A DNA stretch of 64,000 bases, from the NCBI GenBank assembly GCA_018660225.1, contig JABJKT010000055.1, positions 641 to 64,640 of the forward strand, in the 5' to 3' direction. A program made the translations under genes and the position numbers. Each line of letters starts with the position of its first letter. Position 1 is the stretch's first letter. A model generated the notes under the pieces. It did not search any database. It had not been told where the DNA came from and saw only the letters and a list, made by a program, of their open reading frames with translations. Origin of the DNA: Kordiimonadaceae bacterium (lineage in GTDB: Bacteria > Pseudomonadota > Alphaproteobacteria > Sphingomonadales > Emcibacteraceae). Shown here piece by piece: positions 1 to 9,933 of the stretch.

Positions 1-2
1 GG

Positions 3-149
3 ATCAGTGACCGGCCGCTCGGAAAAAACTGGTCAGATAAGAAACTTACAGTGGAAGAGTTGCATAAACCCTATCACGCGCCAGGAAACCGCAAAGGGGA
101 TATGTACTGGGTTTCTACGGATGTGATAGAAGTATTGAGGCCTAAATGA
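3..149 (+). CDS. 3' end of an unidentified ORF entering from upstream of the window (partial)
   Basis: Frame 3 is open from the window edge to TGA at 147-149 (...HKPYHAPGNRKGDMYWVSTDVIEVLRPK*). Its stop overlaps the next start in an ATGA junction. No family recognised. Confidence 0.4.
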   Translation: MSDRPLGKNWSDKKLTVEELHKPYHAPGNRKGDMYWVSTDVIEVLRPK

Positions 150-1051
150 GTAGGAAATTTATTATGAAAAAAATAGTTAAAGCAGCATTGCTATTGATGA
201 GTTTGACGGGTCATGCTTTTGCGCAAGACGTTCCGGTATATGAAGCTGAGCTACTAACAAAATATGATACATTCGATGCTATTCAGGCTGTGGCCGTGGA
301 TAAAGATCATTTTTATGCCATTAATGATTTTCGAATGACCAAGCATAGGAAATCTGATGGTGAGCCGGTTATGCAGTGGGACGGAGAAGAAAGAGGGAAG
401 GTTCTTTTTCATCTGGATAGCGCAATGGTTCTGGACGGAAAACTTTATGCGGCCCATTCCAATTACGCTAATTCGCCAATGACTAGTTCTATTGAGATTT
501 GGGACGTGGAGACTATGGAACATGTTGGGGCAGGCAGTTTTGGCATCAATAGAGGATCATTTACCTGGCTCGATTATTACATGGGTAGTTGGTGGGGTAC
601 TTTTGCCAATTATGACCGGGTTCAGGACGGGCACAGGGAGCCTTACGGTAAAACGGAAAACACAAAGGTGGTAAAATTAAGCGAAGAATTTGACATTCAA
701 CAATCATGGACCCTGCCAAAGCATTTGCTGGATAGAATGACGCCGATGAGCAATAGTGGTGGATCGTGGGGGCCGGACGGGTATCTTTATTTAACGGCCC
801 ATGATTACGGTGAAATTTATGTTATGCAGTTACCCAAAGCTGGTTCCGTTTTACATCATGCGGCGACAGTAAAAATTGAAGGTGCTCTTGAGGGGCAGGG
901 GATTGCCTTCGATCGTACACAAAAGGATAGTATACTTTGGGGTATAAATAATATTACCCGTGAGGTTTTTAAAATGAAAATGCCGAAAATTGAAAAGACG
1001 GTACCTTTTCAAGAAGGTATTATCAGAAGCAATAATTTTAATAAGAATTAG
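146..1051 (+). CDS. secreted hypothetical protein (possibly beta-propeller-like)
   Basis: 301-aa ORF with an N-terminal Sec signal (KKIVKAALLLMSLTGHAFA-QD). ATGA coupling to the upstream ORF. No family recognised with certainty. Confidence 0.6.
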   Translation: MSRKFIMKKIVKAALLLMSLTGHAFAQDVPVYEAELLTKYDTFDAIQAVAVDKDHFYAINDFRMTKHRKSDGEPVMQWDGEERGKVLFHLDSAMVLDGKLYAAHSNYANSPMTSSIEIWDVETMEHVGAGSFGINRGSFTWLDYYMGSWWGTFANYDRVQDGHREPYGKTENTKVVKLSEEFDIQQSWTLPKHLLDRMTPMSNSGGSWGPDGYLYLTAHDYGEIYVMQLPKAGSVLHHAATVKIEGALEGQGIAFDRTQKDSILWGINNITREVFKMKMPKIEKTVPFQEGIIRSNNFNKN

Positions 1052-1059
1052 GCAAAAAA

Positions 1060-2190
1060 ATGAAGTCATTATTATTACGGCTTATTACAGTGTCACTGGT
1101 TAGTATGGGTGTGATCTCCTTAAATGCCCAGGAAGAAAATGTTGAGCCTGATAGAGGCACGGCCATCTTTATCGAAGATAAAATGGTTAAAGGCTATTAT
1201 CCCTATTCGACAATGGTGACGTCGGTTAATCCAAAAGCAAAACCGCTTTTCCCGGTGATTGATATTCACACTCACTTTTCACTGGATACTGATCCGCAAT
1301 TTATCATTAAAAAAATGAACGAGCTTGGCCTTAAGCGGATTGTTAATTTGAGTGGTGGTTGGGGTGATCAGCTTGAGCAAATGCTTGATAAATTTCACAG
1401 GCCCTTTCCGGGAAAAATAGATATATTTTTCAATATTGATTTTTCGCGTATTGACGAAGATGATTTTGGCAATAAAATCGCTCAGGATTTAAAGAGTGCC
1501 CATGCAATGGGTGTAAGTGGCATTAAGCTTTTTAAAAACTTTGGACTGACGCGAAAAGATAAGTCGGGCAAGATCATTGCAATTGATGATGAGCGGCTTG
1601 ACCCGGTTTGGCAGATGGCCGGGGAGCTAGATATTCCAATATTGCAGCATATTGGCGACCCTGCTGCATTTTTTGATCCAATTGATGAAAAAAACGAACG
1701 TTGGTTGCAGCTGGCCCGTCATCCTGACTGGAGTTTTTATGGTGATGAGTTTCCAACGAGATCAGAGCTTTTTGCCCAGCGGGACAGGCTGCTTTCTAAA
1801 CATCCGAGTACCACGTTTATCGGCGCGCATATTGGCAGTCACGCTGATGATCTTGCAGCCGCGGCGGCAGTTTTAGAAAAGCATTCAAATTTTTATGTTG
1901 AATTATCAGGTAGAGTGGCAGCGCTTGGCCGTCAGCCTTATAGCGCGCGAAAATTCCTCAATCGTTATCAAGATAGGGTGATGTTTGGTACTGACCGCTA
2001 TCCCGGCAGAGCCGACCAGCCACGCTATAAAGTTTATTACCGTTTCCTTGAAACTGATGATGAATATTTTGATTATTATGATCATCCGTTTCCACCAACC
2101 GGGGAATGGAAAATCTATGGCGTGTATTTAGGGGAAGATGTACTGAAAAAGATCTATTACCAAAATGCAGAAAAGTTACTGGGAAATTAA
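1060..2190 (+). CDS. exported metal-dependent amidohydrolase (TIM-barrel, amidohydrolase-2-like)
   Basis: Signal peptide (LVSMGVISLNAQE). VIDIHTHF metal-binding start motif and C-terminal FGTDRYP motif typical of the amidohydrolase superfamily. Confidence 0.7.
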   Translation: MKSLLLRLITVSLVSMGVISLNAQEENVEPDRGTAIFIEDKMVKGYYPYSTMVTSVNPKAKPLFPVIDIHTHFSLDTDPQFIIKKMNELGLKRIVNLSGGWGDQLEQMLDKFHRPFPGKIDIFFNIDFSRIDEDDFGNKIAQDLKSAHAMGVSGIKLFKNFGLTRKDKSGKIIAIDDERLDPVWQMAGELDIPILQHIGDPAAFFDPIDEKNERWLQLARHPDWSFYGDEFPTRSELFAQRDRLLSKHPSTTFIGAHIGSHADDLAAAAAVLEKHSNFYVELSGRVAALGRQPYSARKFLNRYQDRVMFGTDRYPGRADQPRYKVYYRFLETDDEYFDYYDHPFPPTGEWKIYGVYLGEDVLKKIYYQNAEKLLGN

Positions 2191-3084
2191 ATGAAATCAA
2201 AACTCTGGTTAATTTATGCACTGGTTACGACGATTTTTTGGGGCGTTTGGGGCGCCTTTATCGGGCTGCCGACTGAAAATGGTTTTCCGGAAACTCTGGG
2301 CTACTGTGTATGGGCGCTTACTATGATCCCGCCAGCCTTATTTGTTCTAAAACGAATAAACTGGGACTTGCAATATGATAAAAAATCCATCCTTTATGGT
2401 TCAATCATTGGATTTTTAGGGGCGGGCGGGCAAATGGTTTTGTTCCATGCGGTGACCACTGGGCCTGCTTATTTGATTTTTCCGGTGATATCGCTATCCC
2501 CGGTGATCACAATCGTGCTTGGTTTTTTGTTTTTAAAAGAACGATCAACCAAACTCGGCGCAGTGGGTATAATGCTGGCTCTTATTGCGCTGCCGCTATT
2601 TGATTATGCGGGTGGGCAGGGAGCAACGGATTACGGGATATTGTGGTTTATATTGGCGCTTATCGTCGCTGGAGCCTGGGGTGTTCAGGCGTTTTATATG
2701 AAACTATCAAACGAAACGATGCACGCTGAAAGTATTTTCTTTTATATGATGGTGACGGCGTTAATGCTTATCCCCGCTGCGCTTTATTTGACGGATTTTT
2801 CACAGCCAATAAATTGGGGACTAAACGGGCCTTATCTTGCGGCCTCTATTCAAATTCTTAATGCTATTGGTGCGCTCACGCTGGTCTATGCCTTTCGTTA
2901 CGGTAAAGCAATGGTCGTTTCGCCGCTTACCAATGCCGGGGCACCACTTATGACAGCGATTATTGCCATGACACTGCTTGGGGTGATGCCGGGGTCTTAC
3001 CGGCTTGCTGGTATCGTGCTTGCCCTTATTGCGGCTGTCCTGCTCGCGGTAGAGCCTAATGAGACGGTAGGAGAGGCTGAATGA
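2191..3084 (+). CDS. DMT-superfamily (EamA-like) transporter, possibly sugar uptake
   Basis: About 10 predicted TM helices in two repeated halves. The ATG directly follows the previous TAA. Sits between hydrolase and aga genes. Confidence 0.7.
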   Translation: MKSKLWLIYALVTTIFWGVWGAFIGLPTENGFPETLGYCVWALTMIPPALFVLKRINWDLQYDKKSILYGSIIGFLGAGGQMVLFHAVTTGPAYLIFPVISLSPVITIVLGFLFLKERSTKLGAVGIMLALIALPLFDYAGGQGATDYGILWFILALIVAGAWGVQAFYMKLSNETMHAESIFFYMMVTALMLIPAALYLTDFSQPINWGLNGPYLAASIQILNAIGALTLVYAFRYGKAMVVSPLTNAGAPLMTAIIAMTLLGVMPGSYRLAGIVLALIAAVLLAVEPNETVGEAE

Positions 3085-4346
3085 AATATATTCTGGATCT
3101 TATAAGTCAGCATAAAGCAGGTGATCCCGTTGGTATTTATTCGGTATGCTCCGCCCATCCGCTGGTGATTGAGGCATCGTTAAGGCATGCGGCGTCATGT
3201 GGTGGTAAGATATTAATTGAGGCCACGTCAAATCAAGTTAATCAGGACGGCGGTTATACGGGAATGGTGCCGCATGATTTTTGCAAGCGTGTTTATGAAA
3301 TTGCTGATCAGGTAGATTTCTCGCGCGAAAACATATTATTTGGCGGTGATCATCTTGGCCCCAACTGCTGGCAGGATCTGGAGGCTGATGAAGCAATGGA
3401 AAAATCAAAAATTCTCATTGAACAATATGTACTGGCGGGATTTAGAAAAATTCACCTTGATTGCTCTATGTCTTTAATAGGGGATGCTGTGCCGTTAAGT
3501 GATGAGACCGTAGCCACGCGCGCCGCAGTGCTTTGTCAGGTATCAGAAAAGGCATGGCAAAAAGCGGGTGGAGAAGCGCCGGTTTATATTGTTGGAACGG
3601 AAGTGCCGGTACCGGGCGGTGCACAGGAAGATTTGGATCAGCTCGCCGTTACATCGTCGGATGCTGCCCGAATGACCATCACGGCGCATGAAAAAGCTTT
3701 TGCTGATGTTGGACTTTCTAGCGTCTGGCCTCGTGTTATTGGGCTGGTGGTGCAGCCGGGTGTGGAATTTGATCATCATAAAGTGATCGATTATATCCCG
3801 CAGAAAGCCGCTGAATTAAGCGGGTATATCGAAAAATATCCAAATATGGTCTATGAAGCCCACTCAACGGATTATCAAACGGCGGATAATTTAAAAGAAC
3901 TGGTTAAAGATCATTTCGCCATTTTGAAAGTAGGCCCGGGATTAACTTATGCTATGCGCGAAGCTCTATGGGCGCTGGATGCTATTGAAAAGGAGTGGTT
4001 AGGCGATCAAGCTTCTGATCTTAAGGGAGCCGTTCTTAAAACCATGCTAGATAATCCCGTCCACTGGCAGAAATATTATGGTGAAGACGCTGGGAAGTTA
4101 AAATTTTTAATGCAATATAGCCTTAGTGACCGTATCCGCTATTACTGGCCTGAGCCGGATGTGGAGCAGGCACTTGAAAAATTAATAAAAAATCTCAATA
4201 ATAATCCGCCTCCTCTTGCTTTATTAAGTCAATATTTACCGGATCAGTATTATGCTGTTCGTAGCGGTGAAATTAAGTCAGATATCAAAAGTCTTCTACT
4301 TCATAAAATTTCAACTATATTAAAACACTATAGCGATGCATGCTGA
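3081..4346 (+). CDS. agaZ: GatZ/KbaZ/AgaZ-family protein (tagatose-6-phosphate-related; aldolase chaperone subunit or tagatose-6-P 4-epimerase)
   Basis: The N-terminus QHKAGDPVGIYSVCSAHPLVIEA...LIEATSNQVNQDGGYTGM...GGDHLGP...KIHLDCSM closely parallels E. coli KbaZ/GatZ. ATGA overlap with the upstream gene. Confidence 0.9.
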   Translation: MKYILDLISQHKAGDPVGIYSVCSAHPLVIEASLRHAASCGGKILIEATSNQVNQDGGYTGMVPHDFCKRVYEIADQVDFSRENILFGGDHLGPNCWQDLEADEAMEKSKILIEQYVLAGFRKIHLDCSMSLIGDAVPLSDETVATRAAVLCQVSEKAWQKAGGEAPVYIVGTEVPVPGGAQEDLDQLAVTSSDAARMTITAHEKAFADVGLSSVWPRVIGLVVQPGVEFDHHKVIDYIPQKAAELSGYIEKYPNMVYEAHSTDYQTADNLKELVKDHFAILKVGPGLTYAMREALWALDAIEKEWLGDQASDLKGAVLKTMLDNPVHWQKYYGEDAGKLKFLMQYSLSDRIRYYWPEPDVEQALEKLIKNLNNNPPPLALLSQYLPDQYYAVRSGEIKSDIKSLLLHKISTILKHYSDAC

Positions 4347-4366
4347 CAAATTGAGGATTAACACTA

Positions 4367-5518
4367 ATGCCATACCTAGAGATTTCAGATAATCTTTTAA
4401 AAAGAAATAACGGCTACCACACAGCCAAGGAAATCTGCCAGCAGCCAGAGATGTGGCATAAAACAAAAGAAATGCTGGATAAAAATGCCAAGTCAATAAA
4501 TAAATTTATCTCACCATTGTTGAAAATGGATAATTTGAGGATTATTATGACTGGTGCGGGTAGTTCTTCTTATATCGGCGAATGCCTCGAGCCGCTTTTA
4601 ATAAATGACACGGGTAAAAATATAACCGCTATTGCCACTACCGATCTTGTCACCGGTCCGCATCGTTATTTTCAAAAAGATATTCCGACAGTTTTGGTAT
4701 CCTTCAGTCGTTCAGGCGCAAGCCCGGAAAGTCTGGCCGCTATAAAGCTCAGCAATCAAATGATAGACGAATGCTACCAATTGATTATCACCTGTAACAA
4801 TGAGGGTCAGCTTTATAAAAATTGCCAGGATGATAAAAACAGTTTAGCCGTTTTATTACCGGAAGAAACACATGATGTAGGTTTTGCCATGACATCAAGC
4901 GTCACTTCGATGATGTTTGCGGCCCTCAATATATTATCGAATAAAACTTATAGTCCAGACTTGATGAGCAGCACGGCAGCAGCGCTGATTGAAGAAAAAA
5001 ATAATATGCTTAAAAATCTTGCGCAAAAATCTTTATGGCGTGTAGTGTTCCTCGGCAGTAATGAATTTAAAGGACTGGCACGTGAGGCTTCCCTTAAGCT
5101 GCTAGAACTTACTGACGGTAAGATCATCAGCACTTATGAAAGCCCGCTTGGCTTTCGCCATGGCCCGAAATCCGTTATTAACGGCAATACGCTGGTTTTT
5201 ATGTTTGTTTCCAACGATCCTTATGTTCGAAAATATGATCTGGATTTACTGGCCGAAATTCGAAAAGATAGAATTGCCGGAAGGGTAATCGCCATTTCAG
5301 CCAAAGAGGATGATGATTTTGGCTCATCAAACAATCATATTAAACTTGCGGGAATGAATGATGCCTCAGATGCTGAGCTATTATTTCCTTATTTGACACT
5401 GGCTCAAATTTATGCTTTTCACCGTGCGCAAGCTCTTGGAAATGCGCCGGATAGCCCAAGCACATCCGGGACCGTAAACCGGGTTGTTGAAGGTGTAATC
5501 CTGTATGATTATGAATGA
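4367..5518 (+). CDS. agaS: galactosamine-6-phosphate deaminase/isomerase (SIS-domain AgaS)
   Basis: Strong end-to-end resemblance to E. coli AgaS: LRIIMTGAGSS, SFSRSGASPES, ETHDVGFAMTSS, GFRHGPKS, YDLDLLAE, PSTSGTVNRVV. Confidence 0.9.
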   Translation: MPYLEISDNLLKRNNGYHTAKEICQQPEMWHKTKEMLDKNAKSINKFISPLLKMDNLRIIMTGAGSSSYIGECLEPLLINDTGKNITAIATTDLVTGPHRYFQKDIPTVLVSFSRSGASPESLAAIKLSNQMIDECYQLIITCNNEGQLYKNCQDDKNSLAVLLPEETHDVGFAMTSSVTSMMFAALNILSNKTYSPDLMSSTAAALIEEKNNMLKNLAQKSLWRVVFLGSNEFKGLAREASLKLLELTDGKIISTYESPLGFRHGPKSVINGNTLVFMFVSNDPYVRKYDLDLLAEIRKDRIAGRVIAISAKEDDDFGSSNNHIKLAGMNDASDAELLFPYLTLAQIYAFHRAQALGNAPDSPSTSGTVNRVVEGVILYDYE

Positions 5519-5535
5519 TTAAGGGTAATTAAAGC

Positions 5536-6477
5536 ATGTTTATCGGCGTTGATAGCGGTGGCAGTAAAACCGCATATATTTTAATTAATGAAAATGGTAA
5601 AGTTATCGCCAGTCATAACGGGGACACCTGTCATTATTTATCGGTTGGTACCGATAAAACGCGCGATGTTCTGGCGGAAGGTATTAAAAAACTTCTCGCG
5701 CAAGCTGATGTAGAGTTATCTGACGTGAAATATAGTTTTTTCGGCATTCCGTCCTACGGTGAAGATCACAATCTTACTGAGACACTCGATAAAATTCCCG
5801 CAAGCTTTATGGGGGGAATCCCCTATAGTTGCGATAATGATATGGTGCCGGGCTGGGCAGGGTCATTAGCTTGCGAGGACGGCATTAATATTGTCGCCGG
5901 AACAGGATCAATTTGCTACGGCGAAAATAAAGGCAGCAAAGCGCGCTGCGGCGGCTGGGGCGAGCTTTTCGGCGATGAAGGTTCAAGCTATTGGATTGCC
6001 AGAGAAGGGCTTAATATATTTACCAAAATGAGTGATGGCCGACTTTCACGTGGTCCGCTTTATGATAAAATAAAAGAACACCTCTCTCTTGACGTTGATT
6101 TGGACCTGCCGGCCGTTGTGCTAGGGCAGTGGAAGGGCGACCGCAGACTTATCGCCGGGCTATCATTAGTGGTTGGGGATGCTTGCCGCGCGGGTGATAG
6201 CTACGCTAGTGATATATTTAACCGTGCTGGGCGTGAGCTTGCAGAGATCGTAGAAGCAACAAGGTGCGAGCTTGGTTTTCTGGCAGATGATCCGGTAATG
6301 CTTTCCTATTCAGGGGGGCTTTTTAATGCCGGTGATTTGATACTTTCACCAATGAAAGCGTCGTTAAAATCACAATATACACTTATTAAGCCGCGCTTCT
6401 CGCCGGTTATAGGTGCAGCGCTTTATGCCGCTAAACTATACGGCTCTCCCTTTGATGTGGAGCTCTTAAGTGACTAA
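5536..6477 (+). CDS. BadF/BadG/BcrA/BcrD-type ATPase, N-acetylhexosamine kinase-like
   Basis: MFIGVDSGGSKT phosphate-1 motif, GTGS, GGWG..GDEGS motifs of the N-acetylglucosamine kinase family. Adjacent to agaS. Confidence 0.75.
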   Translation: MFIGVDSGGSKTAYILINENGKVIASHNGDTCHYLSVGTDKTRDVLAEGIKKLLAQADVELSDVKYSFFGIPSYGEDHNLTETLDKIPASFMGGIPYSCDNDMVPGWAGSLACEDGINIVAGTGSICYGENKGSKARCGGWGELFGDEGSSYWIAREGLNIFTKMSDGRLSRGPLYDKIKEHLSLDVDLDLPAVVLGQWKGDRRLIAGLSLVVGDACRAGDSYASDIFNRAGRELAEIVEATRCELGFLADDPVMLSYSGGLFNAGDLILSPMKASLKSQYTLIKPRFSPVIGAALYAAKLYGSPFDVELLSD

Positions 6478-6543
6478 GGCCTTGCGCAGGGTCAAATAAT
6501 TCCATAGCATCATAAATTCAATTTATAATAGAGGGTAACGCCA

Positions 6544-7566
6544 ATGAAGATTTTCGCATTTTTAGTCCTTAGCATTTTTGCTACTCAATCACTTTTAGCA
6601 CAAAATATTATGCCATCAGCGGATAATGATGTGATGAAAATCACTTTTCTTGGCACTGGTGCGCCACGGCCATCGACCGAGCGCTATGGCCCGAGCATTT
6701 ATGTGGAAGCCGGAGATCATAAAATCCTTGTTGATGCGGGGCCGGGAATGCGTGAGCGGCTTTTTGAAGCGGGCGGGTTTGAGGCCATATCAGGGGTAGA
6801 TCATGTTCTGGTCACCCACCTTCATTTTGATCATACGGTTAGCATTTCAAGCGCGTGGCTAAGCGGATGGTTGTTTGGCCGCCGTGTACCGCTTCATATT
6901 CAGGGGCCAGTTGGTATCAAGGATATGATGGAGAACATCAAACGCGCCTACCAGTGGGATGTGGATTACCGGGTTATGGTCGGTGTGCCGATCGAAGGAA
7001 CCGAGCTTATTGTTGATGAAGTATCAGACGGGGTTATTTTTGATGAGGGCGGGCTTAAAATTACCGCCTTTCCAGTAGAACATATGCCGATAGATATGGC
7101 GAGCGGTGAGGTTCTCGGCCTGCGCGGTGAAACCATTGGATTTCGCATGGATTATAAGGGGCATTCGGTGCTGTTTTCCGGCGATACAAGATCAACTGAA
7201 CAATCAGAAATTAACAATGTCGGAAAAGATATTGATCTACTGATTCATGAAGTTCAGGTTCCATCCCCCGGCGCAACGCCCGAAGCAAATCTGGCCAATG
7301 TAAGCCTTTCCGTTCATTCAACTCCGCAGCAGGCAGGGCTCGTGTTCGAGGCTACAAAACCAAAAATGGCCGTATATTCCCACATCATCCCCCCCGGCAT
7401 CACCGCAGATGATCTAGAAGTAGCCACCCGCCCTTATTACAAAGGCCCGATGACGGTCGCCCATGATTTCATGGAAATAACGTTGAGCGGTGAAGATATT
7501 ATTATCGGCGAGCGCCTCAAGCAAAGCGACGGCAAGTTTGAGGATTCAAAGGTGCTGGGTAAGTAG
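6544..7566 (+). CDS. exported MBL-fold metallo-hydrolase
   Basis: Sec signal (SIFATQSLLAQN). FLGTG..., VTHLHFDH metallo-beta-lactamase motif, later GDT and HE motifs. Confidence 0.75.
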   Translation: MKIFAFLVLSIFATQSLLAQNIMPSADNDVMKITFLGTGAPRPSTERYGPSIYVEAGDHKILVDAGPGMRERLFEAGGFEAISGVDHVLVTHLHFDHTVSISSAWLSGWLFGRRVPLHIQGPVGIKDMMENIKRAYQWDVDYRVMVGVPIEGTELIVDEVSDGVIFDEGGLKITAFPVEHMPIDMASGEVLGLRGETIGFRMDYKGHSVLFSGDTRSTEQSEINNVGKDIDLLIHEVQVPSPGATPEANLANVSLSVHSTPQQAGLVFEATKPKMAVYSHIIPPGITADDLEVATRPYYKGPMTVAHDFMEITLSGEDIIIGERLKQSDGKFEDSKVLGK

Positions 7567-7583
7567 TTACCCTAATCTCTCCA

Positions 7584-9719
7584 TCACTTCGCCAGCGGGT
7601 CAGGCCTGAGTTGGAAATGAACGACGAGTGGCTTTGAGCCCTTGCCGCCTTCCATCATCCACGGCGTTCGATCGCCGCTGGTGGTCCATAGGCCGCGCCC
7701 TTTCCAGCCTGCTTGCGCATCGTCGATGCGGCCGTCTAGACCCTTGGCATAAAAGCCCATGGGGTAAGGTACGCGCATGGTGATCATCTTGTCATCTTTA
7801 AGAGCAATAAGTCCGTCATTTAAATTGCCGGTCGACATGGGGACGTCCTTGCCGAGGCCAAAGGTGTTATGCTGGTCGACCCAGCTGTAGTAGCTCGCTT
7901 CAGCGCTGTTGGGGCCGATCCCCTTAAAGCCGGGGCCGGGATATTGATAAAAGTTCCAGCCTTCAGGGCAATGATCGCCTGTTGCCTCCGGGCCATTTAA
8001 AGGGCCTTTGCATTTGCGACGATCAAAACTGCCCAAATGGCCGCTGCCGAGCGAGACCCAGACCACGCCTTCACTATCAATATCGCCGCCGCGCGGGCCA
8101 AAATAGGGGGCGGGGATGTTATAAACCTCGGTCAGGGTGGTTTCGGGCGGGTTTGCACCGGGGGCGATGCGAACCACTTTGTTGCTCATGGCTGTGCCCC
8201 AGACCGAACCATCGAGTGGGCTTGGCATGACGGCATAGAGTCCGGCAAAGACCCGCTTGTCTTTGGTCGGGTCAACCGCGTCATTCGGGGCGAGATATCC
8301 TTCATCGCGCTTGCCATTGCCGTTGGTGTCGAGCACCATTGCGCTCCAACCCATTGAACTTTCGGCGTCACGTGTCTCTAAGAACTTCTTCGCGTCAATC
8401 CAGCCGAAGACGGAACCGCCGCCGCTAGTATAGAGCATGTGACTATTTTCACGTAGGCCAAATTGAAGATGATGGGTGCCGAAACAGGTATCAACCAAGA
8501 CATAATCTTCTGTCTTAGGATCATAGAAGGAAAGCTGGCGACCGCTCCTGTTCAGGGGGGTCAGTATGGCAGACGGATGGTCGGAACCCGCTTTGCAATA
8601 ATCCGGGTTGGCTTCGTTACGAACGCGGGCGGCGTACCAGACACGGCCCTGATCATCAAACATGGGGTTATGGTTGTTGGAGCGGCTGTTCCAGATCGTC
8701 TCGTCACCCCAATAGGCCGATGGCATGGCCGGCTCGGCCAGCGCATGGCTTGCCCTGGCGTATGTGGTGCCGGGCATGGTTTCACCTTTTATGGTCCAGG
8801 CCTTATTGGTGAGCGGGTCGAGCACGGGAAAATCATCGGTGCTATATTCCGGGGAGCCGTAAACCGGTCCGTAAGCATTTACAGTCGGGTTTCGTTTGTC
8901 GGTCGAGATCAGATCGTGAAGATACTGTTTGTCATTAAGCCAGTCACGCACCGTGACGACGATGTTGCGCTCTTCGCCCATCGGCCTCACTGGTTTGGTA
9001 TGAGGTAATTCGCCCGCGGCTATTCTATCTGTCCATGCGCCGAAATATTCATAGGGTACGTTCCCTATAGTGCCGGCAAGTTGCGCCGTCATAGCCCCAC
9101 CGGCCTGACCGGATTGGGTGCGGCGTATCCAGCCTTCAGTGCCGGTACCGAACTGCTCGGGGATGGTGCGGGTCGCGAGTTGGCCGAGCTGATGACAAAC
9201 GACACAGCCGCGGTTCGACATAATGCCGATATAGTCAGCTTGGGTAAGGTCTTCGGGCATGTCGCCATTACTACCAAACTCATCCTCGCCTGGAATTCCT
9301 AGCATAGAATACCAGTGGATTGCCGGATAGTACTGGGCCGCGGTGGCATCGTCTGGTGCCAGAACCGCGGTCAGGTTGAGGGTTTTGCCGGGACCGGTTC
9401 GCATTTTCGGGCTATCCACCAGACCGTAACCGCGCACCCAGACCTAGTAATTGGCGGGGGGTAAATCCGGCAGTACGTAGCGGCCTTGATCGTCGGTAAC
9501 AACTGCTTTGATGAAGCGTGTCTCAAAATCTTTGGTTTCGGCGATAACCCAGACGCCCGCCTCGGGCCCGCTTTGGCTCATTACAACACCGCCTATATCG
9601 TCATCGTCTATGGCGACAGTTTGGGCGCTGGCTGGCCCACTGGCGGCGGTCAGGGCAAAAGCGAGCGTAACCAATAAAGTGGTTATCATTCTATTCTTTA
9701 AGCCACATAAGTTCATCAT
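7584..9719 (-). pseudogene. interrupted gene: signal peptide + carboxypeptidase-regulatory-like domain + mono-haem cytochrome c (CVVCH) + beta-propeller-like region; in-frame TAG at 9444-9446
   Basis: ORFs 9444..9719 and 7584..9437 share one frame. Read on the minus strand: ...GCC AAT TAC TAG GTC TGG GTG CGC GGT TAC..., i.e. ...PPANY*VWVRGYGLVDSP. Only the upstream piece has a signal peptide, while the haem c motif lies in the downstream piece. Confidence 0.6.
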
Positions 9720-9933
9720 AATAACGACCCTCCCGGTTGCAGTGCTGTTTTTATTTATCCTATAATTTTATATATATTAGTATTCTCTTACCACAATTCG
9801 TAGCTGATAGCATTTTTATTAATTGAATATTTTTTGTCATATATTCGACCACGCTCCCACTTTCTCCCTTGCCAAATCTTCTCTCTACACTAAACTCCCC
9901 TTAACAACAAAAAACAATAAAACCGGATCCAAT

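Noticed and set aside
8463-9008. Numerous 60-180-aa ORFs in the track lie wholly inside longer genes, on the opposite strand or in another frame. Examples: 8463..9008, 9901..10359, 29950..30465, 34513..34923, 46645..47082, 51313..51768, 52702..53070, 62733..63104.
   Set aside because: Each is nested in a long ORF whose product has clear family motifs. Their translations are low-complexity or R/S/C/H-rich, as expected for shadow frames, and none has a recognisable domain or convincing RBS.
9444-9446. The in-frame TAG as programmed recoding (pyrrolysine or another defined read-through signal).
   Set aside because: No pyl genes or PYLIS-like context are visible in the window, and such recoding is not known for this kind of bacterium. 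A nonsense mutation or a sequencing error is more parsimonious.
9823-9933. ORF-track 5' extensions: recQ from 9823, amidohydrolase from 16966, OsmC-like from 16383, DUF1080 from 14384, MAPEG from 37896, [2Fe-2S] subunit from 54802.
   Set aside because: The extensions add non-homologous, often overlapping residues ahead of obvious native N-termini (signal peptides, the conserved RecQ start). Where checked, the internal ATGs have better SD sequences.
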